Part shown: one piece after another, positions 1 through 9,446 of the stretch
Layout: each line of letters starts with the position of its first letter
How positions within the stretch are numbered: position 1 is the first letter of the stretch
Assembly (NCBI GenBank): GCA_902518505.1
Contig: CABYGG010000006.1
Coordinates: 2,313-66,312, forward strand
DNA: 64,000 bases
Origin: an uncultured Alphaproteobacteria bacterium
GTDB lineage: Bacteria; Pseudomonadota; Alphaproteobacteria; HIMB59
Reading direction: 5' to 3'
The notes under the pieces: generated by a model
Told to the model about the DNA's origin: nothing
The model's database searches: none
The model's input: only the letters and a program-made list of their open reading frames with translations
Translations under genes and position numbers: made by a program

Positions 1-643
1 TATTTTTAAGACGTTCTTGACCAAGGTGACTTATATAATTTCTTGAAAGTTTAAAAATTGCAAAATAGGAAAAGCCGAGAGTAAATCCGACAATAAAAGT
101 AAGTTTTGGATCCGTTATGATTAATAAGGATAATATTGCAAAAGTTACTGCACCTCTGGCTGTTAATTCAATTAATGGTCCTATGCCACTGCCCGTTACC
201 ATACCAATTTCATGTAATATTTTTTTACCAAAGTCTGCACTATGATGATTTAAAAACCAGCTATATGGTTGACTTAAATATATTTCAATCAAGCGTTTAC
301 TTATGCTGTGTTGAACTAGTTGAATAAATCGAATTTGAAAATAAATTGTGATAACCTTAATCGCAAGAGATGAAAGTAATAAGATGAAAACAATAATTCC
401 TAGAGCTATGAGAAACTGTTGATGATTTTCTACACCAAATATACTGAAATAATCAAACATTGAATTAAGAATAAAATTGGTCTCAATGATATTTGGATTA
501 GTTAGTACTGATATAAAAGGTAATATTGAAGCTACACCAATCATTTCTAAGGTAGCCATTAGTAAAATCAAGATCAATAATAGGAAAGCACGCTTACGTT
601 CAAATGAAGTGAGCATATATAAAAGTTTTTTAATTATTGACAT
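1..643 (-). CDS. ABC transporter permease/ATPase (PglK/MsbA-like glycan flippase), 5' part; runs off the window start
   Basis: Not in the ORF track. Manual minus-strand translation from ATG at 643 gives MSIIKKLLYMLTSFERKRAFLLLILILLMATLEMIGVASILPFISVLTNPN..., the typical N-terminus of ABC exporters in glycan loci. Confidence 0.8.
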   Translation of the reverse strand, partial: MSIIKKLLYMLTSFERKRAFLLLILILLMATLEMIGVASILPFISVLTNPNIIETNFILNSMFDYFSIFGVENHQQFLIALGIIVFILLLSSLAIKVITIYFQIRFIQLVQHSISKRLIEIYLSQPYSWFLNHHSADFGKKILHEIGMVTGSGIGPLIELTARGAVTFAILSLLIITDPKLTFIVGFTLGFSYFAIFKLSRNYISHLGQERLKN

Positions 644-758
644 TTTGTTCAGATAAAAATTAAAACATAAATCATGATTATGTCATAATTTTATTTTCTT
701 GTTATCATAATAAATTTTTTTTACAAAAATATTAGTCTTATAACACTGAGTAATATTT

Positions 759-1889
759 TTAATTACGAATTAAGTTATTTAAAAGATTCACAAGACTATG
801 GTTTTTTTTATCATAATTAAGTTGATCTTTAATAATACTAAAATATTTTTTATTCCAATTAGATTGTGTACAATTATTGATATTCTCTAGTATTCTCTTT
901 ACCTCTTTATAACTTAATTTTTTAGATGAAAAAAAATTGTACTCCTTTCTATACGGGCCTGGCCATCCAAAATAATAATTTGAGCCATGTATTTTGGCTG
1001 GGGCAAACATTGCAATCTTTTTTTTTCTAGACATGGCTTCATAACCCATAGTTGAGAAGGAAAATATAATATTTTCAAATTTATCTATTATTTGATATTT
1101 TTTTTTCCAATCCGAATTTTGATGGAAGACACAGTTTGAATTATATATTTTTTTATAAAAATTAATTTCATTTTTTTGTCTTGATGACTCTTTTGCCCTC
1201 CTTAAAAGAATATGAAGTTTTTTGCCGGACTCTAATAGATATAAATTAATAAAGTTATGTAATCTTGTCCAATACTTCTCACTTTCATAGTCAATACCAT
1301 TTTGAATTCTAGGACTATCATGCACTTGAGATAAATATAAAAATTCATTTTTATATTTTGTGTTTTGAACTTTTACTAAATTATTCCTAAAATGTCCTAA
1401 AGTAAGATAATCTGTCTTTAAAAGTTTTTTATAATTTGTAATGTAATATTTGTTTAAGGCAAAAAAATAATCTCCATAGTAAATCTTAAAATTCTTTGGA
1501 AATAATTTTTTTCTGTCTTTAAACCATTTTTCGAAACGAAGGCCATTCATTACTGATATAAAAATTATATTTTTAAAATCTTTTTTTAAATTATACATTT
1601 CAAATCTTGCATCATTAAAAGTAATTATTACTTTAGGTGAAACAAACTTTATAAAATTTTTTGAATATGTTTTAAATGAAAAATCAAAAGATATAATTTG
1701 TTTTAAGTAGATCCAAAAATAAATTTTTTTTTTACGTAAAAAGAGGATGTTAAAATCTCTTTTAATGATTTCTTTTAAGATAGATGCATGAACTTCATCG
1801 TAAAGGAGTATCTTAGTTTTATCAGGTAAGTCAAAACGAAATTTTATACGCGAGAATAAATTAATTTTGTTAAATATATTTTTGAACAA
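759..1889 (-). CDS. Surface-carbohydrate biosynthesis protein, putative GT-B-like transferase
   Basis: 376-aa ORF inside the glycan cluster. Motifs PKVIITFND, MNGLR and STMGYEA resemble uncharacterised proteins found beside neuAB genes. Confidence 0.55.
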   Translation of the reverse strand: MFKNIFNKINLFSRIKFRFDLPDKTKILLYDEVHASILKEIIKRDFNILFLRKKKIYFWIYLKQIISFDFSFKTYSKNFIKFVSPKVIITFNDARFEMYNLKKDFKNIIFISVMNGLRFEKWFKDRKKLFPKNFKIYYGDYFFALNKYYITNYKKLLKTDYLTLGHFRNNLVKVQNTKYKNEFLYLSQVHDSPRIQNGIDYESEKYWTRLHNFINLYLLESGKKLHILLRRAKESSRQKNEINFYKKIYNSNCVFHQNSDWKKKYQIIDKFENIIFSFSTMGYEAMSRKKKIAMFAPAKIHGSNYYFGWPGPYRKEYNFFSSKKLSYKEVKRILENINNCTQSNWNKKYFSIIKDQLNYDKKNHSLVNLLNNLIRN

Positions 1890-2013
1890 GATTTGTAAAT
1901 TTTCTAAATAATTTTTATTTTATAATATTTATTTACACTAAATCCTTTTTTTTTGGTATCATAAAATTTTAGAAATTAAAAATGCACATCTCAAATTCAA
2001 AGTTTACTAATTT

Positions 2014-2724
2014 ATGAAAAAAAAAATTAATATAGCTGTTATATTAGCTAGGGGTGGCTCAAAGGGCATCCCTGGGAAAAATCTCAAAAACTTAAATAGT
2101 AAACCACTATTATATTGGTCAATATGCCAATGTTTAAATTGTGATCAAATCTCAAGTGTTTGGGTTAGTAGTGACTCAAGTAAAATATTAAATTTTGCAA
2201 AAAAAACAGGAGCAAACACAATATTAAGGCCATATAACATTTCTAGAGATAATTCATCATCAGAGTCAGGTTGGTTACATGCTGTAAATTTTTTTGAAAA
2301 AAATAATATTTATCTTGATACTGTTGTTGCTCTGCAAGCAACCTCGCCATTGAGGGAGTCTAAAGATATCAAAAAAGCCCTTAAATATTTTTATTCTAAA
2401 AAAATTGATAGTTTATTTTCTGGGTCAAAAAATAATGAATTTTTTTTTAATTGGACAGGAAAAAAAAAAATAAAACCAAATTATAATATTCGTAAACGGA
2501 CAAGAAGGCAGAATTTAAAAAATATAATTCTAGAAAATGGATCGTTTTATATTTTTGATAAAAACAAGTTTAAAAAAAATAAAAATAGATTATTTGGAAA
2601 AATTGGTGTTTTTTTGATGAATAAAATTAAAAGTTTTCAAATTGATAACTTACATGATTTTGAAATTGTAAAGTCAATTATGAATAATAAAAAGTGTAAA
2701 AAGGATTTTAATGAATTTTTATAA
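2014..2724 (+). CDS. neuA: Acylneuraminate (CMP-ulosonic acid) cytidylyltransferase
   Basis: ILARGGSKGIPGKN, QATSPLR, ENGSFYIF and QIDNLHD motifs. Confidence 0.92.
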   Translation: MKKKINIAVILARGGSKGIPGKNLKNLNSKPLLYWSICQCLNCDQISSVWVSSDSSKILNFAKKTGANTILRPYNISRDNSSSESGWLHAVNFFEKNNIYLDTVVALQATSPLRESKDIKKALKYFYSKKIDSLFSGSKNNEFFFNWTGKKKIKPNYNIRKRTRRQNLKNIILENGSFYIFDKNKFKKNKNRLFGKIGVFLMNKIKSFQIDNLHDFEIVKSIMNNKKCKKDFNEFL

Positions 2725-2725
2725 A

Positions 2726-3658
2726 TCAAATATTACCAAAATTATTTTTTTTAAAATATTTATATCCTTTTATTAGTTCATCAATACCATCACTAATAGA
2801 AATTTTAGGAATAAATCCTGTGTTCTCAATTTTTTCATTTGATACTATATAGTTTCTTTGGTCTGGGTCCTTATTAAAATTATTAACGATAATATTCAGA
2901 TCATTAATTTTTAATTTTATAATTTCACATAATTCTTTTTTTGATAGGTTGGCATTTGACAATCCAACGTTATATATTTCCGATTTCATTTTATCAAAGT
3001 TATTTATTGAATGAATAAATGCTCCAGATACATCTTGTAAGTGAATATAATTTCTTTTGAAGTATGACTCGTATAAAACTATATACCTATCAAAGACTGC
3101 TCTAAAAACAAAATCATTTACTAATAAGTCTAATCTCATTCTTGGAGACATTCCAAAAACAGTTGCTAATCTTAAACTTATTACATTCTCTTTTTGCATT
3201 AATACTTCTTCAATTTGTACTTTATCTTTTGCGTAAGAGGATATTGGATTTAAAGGAGATTTTTCATCACATAGATTATTTTCATCTCCGGACCCATAGG
3301 CACTATTCGTTGTAGGCATAATTATTAATTGGTTTTTAGAAACTTCCTTAAATAAACCTAATATTGAATCCTTGTTTATCAACTTTGAATTAATTGGATC
3401 TTTATCGCAAGCTGGGGCACCTACGATCGCAGCCAAGGGTATTATCAAATCATTTTTAATTATGTAATCTTTTATAAAATTAATATTTCTTACATCTGCG
3501 TTTACTATTTCTAAATTTTTATTTAGACATAAGTGATTTAAGCTTGTTTGACCATACATAAAGTTATCAATTACTGTTACTTTAAATTTATTTTTTAATA
3601 AAATATTGGTTAATACCGAGCCTATATATCCCGAACCACCAGTTATCAAAATTTTCAT
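2726..3658 (-). CDS. NAD-dependent epimerase/dehydratase (extended SDR)
   Basis: ITGGSGYIGS Rossmann motif, YAKDK (YxxxK), LRLATVFGMSPRMRLDLLVN. Confidence 0.9.
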   Translation of the reverse strand: MKILITGGSGYIGSVLTNILLKNKFKVTVIDNFMYGQTSLNHLCLNKNLEIVNADVRNINFIKDYIIKNDLIIPLAAIVGAPACDKDPINSKLINKDSILGLFKEVSKNQLIIMPTTNSAYGSGDENNLCDEKSPLNPISSYAKDKVQIEEVLMQKENVISLRLATVFGMSPRMRLDLLVNDFVFRAVFDRYIVLYESYFKRNYIHLQDVSGAFIHSINNFDKMKSEIYNVGLSNANLSKKELCEIIKLKINDLNIIVNNFNKDPDQRNYIVSNEKIENTGFIPKISISDGIDELIKGYKYFKKNNFGNI

Positions 3659-4716
3659 ATATTCACTTTAATAATATCATTAACTGAATAGTTTTTATTA
3701 GACTTCTTTTTTAAAAGTTTGAAGTAATTATCGGCACTGATTCCAAAGCCGCCTGTTCTTTTTGCTACTATATTTTCTTTGGTAAATTTTTCACCTTTTT
3801 TTATATTCTCTTTAGCTACAAAATATTTTTTTAATTTACTTATATTATTTTTTTCTGAAAAAGAAATTTTTTTTGAGCCATCACCTAGAGCTGTCTCAAG
3901 ATCTCTTATATCACGAACTATTTTAATAAAATCTCTCTTTTCCATCGATGCTCTATGATCAGGTCCTTTTAACTTTTTACTAACTGTAATATGTTTTTCA
4001 AAACATTTTGCCCCTAATGCTATAGATCCTAAAGCTGCATTATTTTCAATAACATGGTCAGAATATCCTACCAAACAATTAAACTTCTTTTTATAAGATT
4101 TAATAACTCTGATATTTGCTTCTGAAGAGTCAGCCGGGTAACTACCAGTACATTGCATAATGATAAATTTATTTTTTAAATATTTTTTTAAAATTTTTAC
4201 ACTCTTTTTGACTTCATCCAAATTACACATAGCAGTTGATAAAATTATTGGTTTCTTTTTTTTTGCTATATACTCAATTAATTGATGGTTATTTGAGTCA
4301 GTAGAAGCGATTTTAAATATTTCCATTCCTAAACTATCAAGCAAATCAGTACTTTTTTTATCATATGGTGTAGACATAAAAATTATTTTTTTTTGTTTAC
4401 AATATCTAATAATTTCTTTGTGCATTTCATAATTAATTTCTTGTGATTTTAATAAATCAAACCAAGATTGTTTTTTATCAGAACCTGTTGTTTCAATATG
4501 ATATTTTGCTTTTGGAGCTTTTTTCAAAATTATTTCATCAGCTAAGAATGTTTGAAATTTGACAGCATCTGCTTTAGCTTCAACAGCTATATCTATTAGT
4601 TTTTTTGCCAACTTAATGCTACCATTGTGATTAACCCCGGCTTCAGCAATAATAAAACATTTATCTTTATCGGATATTTTTCTTTTATTACTTAAAATTA
4701 TTTCGTTTTTTTTCAT
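3655..4716 (-). CDS. neuB: NeuB-family PEP-condensing synthase (N-acetylneuraminate/legionaminate synthase family)
   Basis: FIIAEAGVNHNGS, DAVKFQ, GYSDH, EKHIT and GPDH motifs; C-terminal SAF/AFP-like domain. Confidence 0.92.
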   Translation of the reverse strand: MKKNEIILSNKRKISDKDKCFIIAEAGVNHNGSIKLAKKLIDIAVEAKADAVKFQTFLADEIILKKAPKAKYHIETTGSDKKQSWFDLLKSQEINYEMHKEIIRYCKQKKIIFMSTPYDKKSTDLLDSLGMEIFKIASTDSNNHQLIEYIAKKKKPIILSTAMCNLDEVKKSVKILKKYLKNKFIIMQCTGSYPADSSEANIRVIKSYKKKFNCLVGYSDHVIENNAALGSIALGAKCFEKHITVSKKLKGPDHRASMEKRDFIKIVRDIRDLETALGDGSKKISFSEKNNISKLKKYFVAKENIKKGEKFTKENIVAKRTGGFGISADNYFKLLKKKSNKNYSVNDIIKVNI

Positions 4717-5575
4717 TATATTTTTTTAATAAATTTATACTATTTTTAATATCAGATAACTTTGCATTTCTAAACTCTAAAATAATCGGAAGGTTTTGAT
4801 TAAATAAATTTAAAAAAGGTAAATACTTTGATCTAATTGATAATGGTTTATGTTCATCATTAAATCCGTCATTATCACTAATTTCAACTGCAATAATACG
4901 ATTATTTAAAAATTTAATAAAATTTTTCATTGAAAAGTTAAAATAACTTGATGCAAAATATGAATGGGGTAAATTAAAATTCACAAATAATTTTTCAGGT
5001 ATTTCTTTGAAAAGTTTTTTATATTCTTTAGGTTCTTGCATAATTAAATAGCTATGCTTTTGGTTGGAGCCCTCTGTTTCTATAGCAATATTTATTTGCT
5101 TTTTTTTGGCATAATTAGATATTTTTTTTAAGGATTTAAGCATAATATCAAAAGCATCAGATCTTTTGGAAACAGAGTTTGTGTCAAAATCAAAATCATA
5201 ATTATTTTTATTAAAATCAGTTTTTGGAACTGGCAGAGATAAAAAACCAGGATGAATGGTATAAAGTTGTGCACCAATATCTTTACAAAAGTCAATATTA
5301 GAAATAATCATGTCTAGTGAATTTTTTTTAATGCTTATATCTGATGAGGCTATATTGAGGACAAAATTTTCATTTTCAGAAGGCGGAAAAAAATTGTGAA
5401 CAAAAATTTTCTTTTTTTTGTTTTTGCTTATTATTTTTTTATAGTTTTGCTTTGTTTCATAATTATGAGTAGATCCTATTTCTATACCATCTATTTCTAA
5501 ATTATCTAATTGATTCAATACATTTTGGAGATTTGATTTTTTTTGTTTAGAGAATGTAGTTGATACAAAAATCAT
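4688..5575 (-). CDS. Sugar-phosphate isomerase/epimerase (xylose-isomerase-like TIM barrel)
   Basis: HNFFPP, YTIHPGF, IAIETEG and EISDNDGFNDEH metal-binding pattern. Confidence 0.7.
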   Translation of the reverse strand: MIFVSTTFSKQKKSNLQNVLNQLDNLEIDGIEIGSTHNYETKQNYKKIISKNKKKKIFVHNFFPPSENENFVLNIASSDISIKKNSLDMIISNIDFCKDIGAQLYTIHPGFLSLPVPKTDFNKNNYDFDFDTNSVSKRSDAFDIMLKSLKKISNYAKKKQINIAIETEGSNQKHSYLIMQEPKEYKKLFKEIPEKLFVNFNLPHSYFASSYFNFSMKNFIKFLNNRIIAVEISDNDGFNDEHKPLSIRSKYLPFLNLFNQNLPIILEFRNAKLSDIKNSINLLKKYNEKKRNNFK

Positions 5576-5583
5576 ATTAGAAA

Positions 5584-6276
5584 TTAATATTTTTTGATAA
5601 ATTTATTCCTAAATTTAGCAAGAGGTAGTGGTGGGAATATCATGGCTTTTATAAAATTTTCTCTCTTTATGCCTTTCCAATTACTTTTTAAAACGCCATC
5701 ATATGGTGCACCTCTTTTAAAATAAGTGCTTTTACCTTTTTGTTTTCTACCAGGATATTTGTTAAAAACTTTTTTAAGAACATCATCAAAATAAAGTAAA
5801 GAGGTAAACATGACTCTATAATAAAGAGTTGATTGTAAATCAAATTTTTTTATTTTTATTGATTTTTGTAAAATTATATTACCGTCATCATACTTTTCAT
5901 TCATATAATGATAAGTGAAACCAGATTTTTTTTCTCCATTTACCATTGCCCAAGTTATGCTACTACATCCTTTATACTTAGGAAGTAATGATGGGTGTAA
6001 ATTAAAAGGTTTAAACTTTGAGATAGATAAAACATTAGCTGGTATCTTATACTTATAGGAAATTGAAATTATTAAATCAGGTTTAAAAGGAATATTTTTA
6101 TAATTTATTTTTTTTGTGGTGTATAAAATATTATTTTTTTTACAAATTCTTATTATATCCGGTTCAAAATATTTTGGTAAATGTGTATATACAAAAATAT
6201 GATATTTTTTTTTTATTAGAGACTCTAATGCTTCGCAGCCAGACCAATTAAAGCCACATAAAATAACTTTTCTCAA
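5584..6276 (-). CDS. Sugar N-formyltransferase (Fmt family)
   Basis: FNLHPSLLPKYKG, SGFTYHYM, DDGNII; adjacent to the aminotransferase. Confidence 0.85.
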   Translation of the reverse strand: MRKVILCGFNWSGCEALESLIKKKYHIFVYTHLPKYFEPDIIRICKKNNILYTTKKINYKNIPFKPDLIISISYKYKIPANVLSISKFKPFNLHPSLLPKYKGCSSITWAMVNGEKKSGFTYHYMNEKYDDGNIILQKSIKIKKFDLQSTLYYRVMFTSLLYFDDVLKKVFNKYPGRKQKGKSTYFKRGAPYDGVLKSNWKGIKRENFIKAMIFPPLPLAKFRNKFIKKY

Positions 6277-7623
6277 TTAAATTTCAGTCTCCCAAACATT
6301 TAAACCTTTAGTATCAAACTTAATTGGATAGTAATTTAAATTCATTGATTTAATTTTACTTAAAAAATTAAACCAGTTTTTTGGCTGAATATAAAATAAC
6401 ATATAACCACCGCCTCCTGTGCCTAGTAACCTGCAGCCATCTGCTAAAGATTTGCTACATAGTTTTTTTTCCATATCTAAAATCTTTTTATTAGTCATTT
6501 TTTTATCTAATTTCTTCTTAAGATCCCAAGATGACTGAATTAATTTGCCAATATCTTTTACCTTGCCCCTAAGTAAGTCCTCTTTAATTTTGCTAAATAA
6601 GATCTTAGATTTTTTTCCATAATCATCTATTTTTTCATTTTTAGATAATTTTATTTGCATAGATGATCCTTTGTGAGGCATGTTTGTATCACATAAAATT
6701 ATTCTTCTTTCTAGCTCATCAAATAAATTATTTGGCAAAATTAAATTTTGGACTAAGTTTTTATTTTCACTATATTCCATAAAATTACATCCACCGAAAA
6801 CTGTACTATATTGATCCTGCCATCCTCCTGTAACACCTAATTCTATTCTTTCAACTTGAAATGCCAATTCAGCTATTTGATACTTATTTAATTTATAAGG
6901 CTGAATATAATTGATTGCACCAATCACAGCAGAAGAGACAGCAGCCGAGCCGCCCAAACCTGAACCAGGTTTGACATCAGTTTCAACGAAGATTTCAAAT
7001 CCAAAACTAGGTTTAAGTAATTTAATACATGACTTTATTAGATCAAGGTTTCCATCATACTTTATATCTTCATTTTTGTTTAAAATAATTTTCTTATTAA
7101 AATCGTTTGAACTAATAATTATTTTTTCATCATTTCTTTTAATTAAATGGACATTACAAAACTTATTAATGGTAAAAGAGATACTCGCACCACTTTTTTC
7201 AAAGAAATATTTAGTTACATCTGTACCTCCACCAACAAAACTAATTCGAGCAGGTGATCTAGATCTAACAATTATATTTTTATTAAATAAATTAATATCT
7301 TTTCTTTCAATAAATTTTAAAACCCTTTTTTTATTATCTAAAACTGGTATTACTTCAAATTTTTGATCTAAAAGTTTTAATATTTTATCAGTATCTTTTT
7401 CATCAAAAACATATTTAAAATTATGGTTACTGCATCTTTGAATGTTATCTTTAATTGTGCCTCCTTTTAAAAGATATCTTCTAATATCACCATCACTGAC
7501 TGAACCTATGATAATTTTCTTTTTATTAATAATATAAATAATTCCTTTTTTATTTTTAGAAATTTTATGCATTCCATCTTTTATATTTTTACCAAAATCA
7601 ATTAAGTAAAGATTAAAATTCAT
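6277..7623 (-). CDS. CBS-domain / GHMP sugar kinase fusion (HddA-like heptose-7-phosphate kinase)
   Basis: N-terminal CBS pair (GSVSDGDIRR, IPVLD) followed by PARISFVGGGTD, PGSGLGGSA, GGWQDQY and LLGTGGGG. Confidence 0.85.
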   Translation of the reverse strand: MNFNLYLIDFGKNIKDGMHKISKNKKGIIYIINKKKIIIGSVSDGDIRRYLLKGGTIKDNIQRCSNHNFKYVFDEKDTDKILKLLDQKFEVIPVLDNKKRVLKFIERKDINLFNKNIIVRSRSPARISFVGGGTDVTKYFFEKSGASISFTINKFCNVHLIKRNDEKIIISSNDFNKKIILNKNEDIKYDGNLDLIKSCIKLLKPSFGFEIFVETDVKPGSGLGGSAAVSSAVIGAINYIQPYKLNKYQIAELAFQVERIELGVTGGWQDQYSTVFGGCNFMEYSENKNLVQNLILPNNLFDELERRIILCDTNMPHKGSSMQIKLSKNEKIDDYGKKSKILFSKIKEDLLRGKVKDIGKLIQSSWDLKKKLDKKMTNKKILDMEKKLCSKSLADGCRLLGTGGGGYMLFYIQPKNWFNFLSKIKSMNLNYYPIKFDTKGLNVWETEI

Positions 7624-8744
7624 AATTTAATATTTTCTTCCCATGTATTAATTAAGTTTGCAACTAATTTTATATCTTTGATATTTAAATTTAATGATGA
7701 GGGCAAATGGACTGAATTTAATGAAATATTATAAGAATTAATAAAATTTTTTTTATGAAAATCATTTTTAAAATGTTTTGCAAATGAAACAGGAAATATC
7801 ATAGGGCGACACTCAATTTTTTTATATTCCATATATTTAATAAATTTATTTCTTAAATTTTGTTTTTTAAAAGTAATTGTAACAAACCATTCTACCGAAG
7901 AAACATTTTTAGTTTTAGGAAAAATATCAAAAGTTTTTGCATTTAAATATCTAATATAATTTTTTTTTATTAATTTTTTTTTTTTTAAAATATCTTTTAA
8001 TTTATTTATTTGAGCTAATCCTATAGCCGCCTGCATAGCTGTCATTCTATAATTAAAACCTAAAATTTGATGATAATATCTTTTTTCCTTTGTCATTCCA
8101 TGATCTCGTAAAAGTTTTATTTTTTCATAAATTTTTTTTTTATTTGTCAAGATCATACCACCCTCTCCAGTGGTAATTATCTTGTTAGCAAAAAAACTAA
8201 AACAAGATACATCTCCAATTGTTCCACAGAGTTTGTCACCGACTTTAGCTCCAATACTCTCAGCAACATCCTCAATAATTTTTATCTTTTTATTTTGTAC
8301 TACTTTTTTTATTTTATTAATATCAACAGGATAACCAAATGGATGAACAATTATTATTGCTTTTGTTTTTTTTGTAATTTTTTTTTCTAAATCTTTTAAA
8401 CAAATACAAAAATTGTCATTTTGAACATCGACCAAAACTAATTTTGCACCAGTAAGTGCTATCATATTTGCTGGGGATATAAATGTTAGATTTGGACAAA
8501 TTACTTCATCCCCTTTTCCAATATCTAAAGATAACAAAGCCAGGTGTAAAGATGTTGTGCAATTAGAAGTTGCTATTGCGTATTTAATTTTGTGAATTTT
8601 TGCAAATTTATTTTCAAATGTCTCTATTATTTTTCCCTGAGATGAGATCCATCCTGCTTTGACAGTTTTATTTAAGCTTTTTATTTCTTCAGAGGAAATT
8701 TTTGGGGTAAAAAAAGGAATGTATTTATTTGATTTAATTGACAT
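7620..8744 (-). CDS. DegT/DnrJ/EryC1/StrS aminotransferase (perosamine-synthase-like)
   Basis: GWISSQG, IIEDVAES, SFFANKIITTGEGG and GFNYRMT motifs. Confidence 0.92.
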   Translation of the reverse strand: MSIKSNKYIPFFTPKISSEEIKSLNKTVKAGWISSQGKIIETFENKFAKIHKIKYAIATSNCTTSLHLALLSLDIGKGDEVICPNLTFISPANMIALTGAKLVLVDVQNDNFCICLKDLEKKITKKTKAIIIVHPFGYPVDINKIKKVVQNKKIKIIEDVAESIGAKVGDKLCGTIGDVSCFSFFANKIITTGEGGMILTNKKKIYEKIKLLRDHGMTKEKRYYHQILGFNYRMTAMQAAIGLAQINKLKDILKKKKLIKKNYIRYLNAKTFDIFPKTKNVSSVEWFVTITFKKQNLRNKFIKYMEYKKIECRPMIFPVSFAKHFKNDFHKKNFINSYNISLNSVHLPSSLNLNIKDIKLVANLINTWEENIKL

Positions 8745-8832
8745 TATTTTATTTAACTCAAAGTTCAGTTAACACTAACTTACCAGTCATTTATTTAATT
8801 TTAACTTTTTTCTAAAGTTTCATTTTACTTTA

Positions 8833-9420
8833 TCAGATATCTAATGATAAAAAATCTTCTACTTTTTCTAAAATAAAATGTCCCAAGAAAATATGACACT
8901 CTTGAATTCTTGCCGTGCTATTGGATGGAATTATCAGCGATTTGCTAGAGAGAGACTTGGCCTTTCCACCATTTTTACCTAATAAACTAACAGAGTAAAT
9001 ACCAATTTTATTTGCCTCTTTTAACACTTTTAATATATTTTTTGAATTTCCTGAGGTTGAAATACAAATTAATACGTCATTTTTTTGTGCTAATGCTTTG
9101 AAAGGTCTAAGAAAAATATCTTCAAAACTAAAGTCATTGCCACAAGCCGTGAGAGTTGAAGTATCCTGAGCCAGGCTCAAAGCAGGTATAGGGTTTCTAT
9201 TGATATGTGGTCTTAGCCTAACTAAAAATTCGGCAGCTAAATGTTGAGCATCAGCAGCAGAGCCGCCATTACCACAGAAAAGTAACTTACCTCCCCTTTT
9301 TAATTTTTTTTTAATTGTTTGAATTACCTCTGTTACATCCACTGATATATCATACAAATCATGATGGGTTTTTATATTTTCTTCTAGTTGATTTTTATAA
9401 TCAATTTCAATTTTTGACAT
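8833..9420 (-). CDS. gmhA: D-sedoheptulose-7-phosphate isomerase
   Basis: CGNGGSAADAQH, ISTSGNS and TARIQECHI motifs. Confidence 0.93.
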   Translation of the reverse strand: MSKIEIDYKNQLEENIKTHHDLYDISVDVTEVIQTIKKKLKRGGKLLFCGNGGSAADAQHLAAEFLVRLRPHINRNPIPALSLAQDTSTLTACGNDFSFEDIFLRPFKALAQKNDVLICISTSGNSKNILKVLKEANKIGIYSVSLLGKNGGKAKSLSSKSLIIPSNSTARIQECHIFLGHFILEKVEDFLSLDI

Positions 9421-9446
9421 AGTGGTTAGATTGATGGCTTACAAGT

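Noticed and set aside
136-327. 63-aa + strand ORF
   Set aside because: Antisense shadow of the minus-strand ABC flippase gene (1-643).
7974-7986. T13 homopolymer in the aminotransferase (and A11 in neuA near 2460) as phase-variation tracts
   Set aside because: Both are in-frame poly-Lys codons in very AT-rich genes, with no frameshift seen. Read-level length variation would be needed to support the idea.
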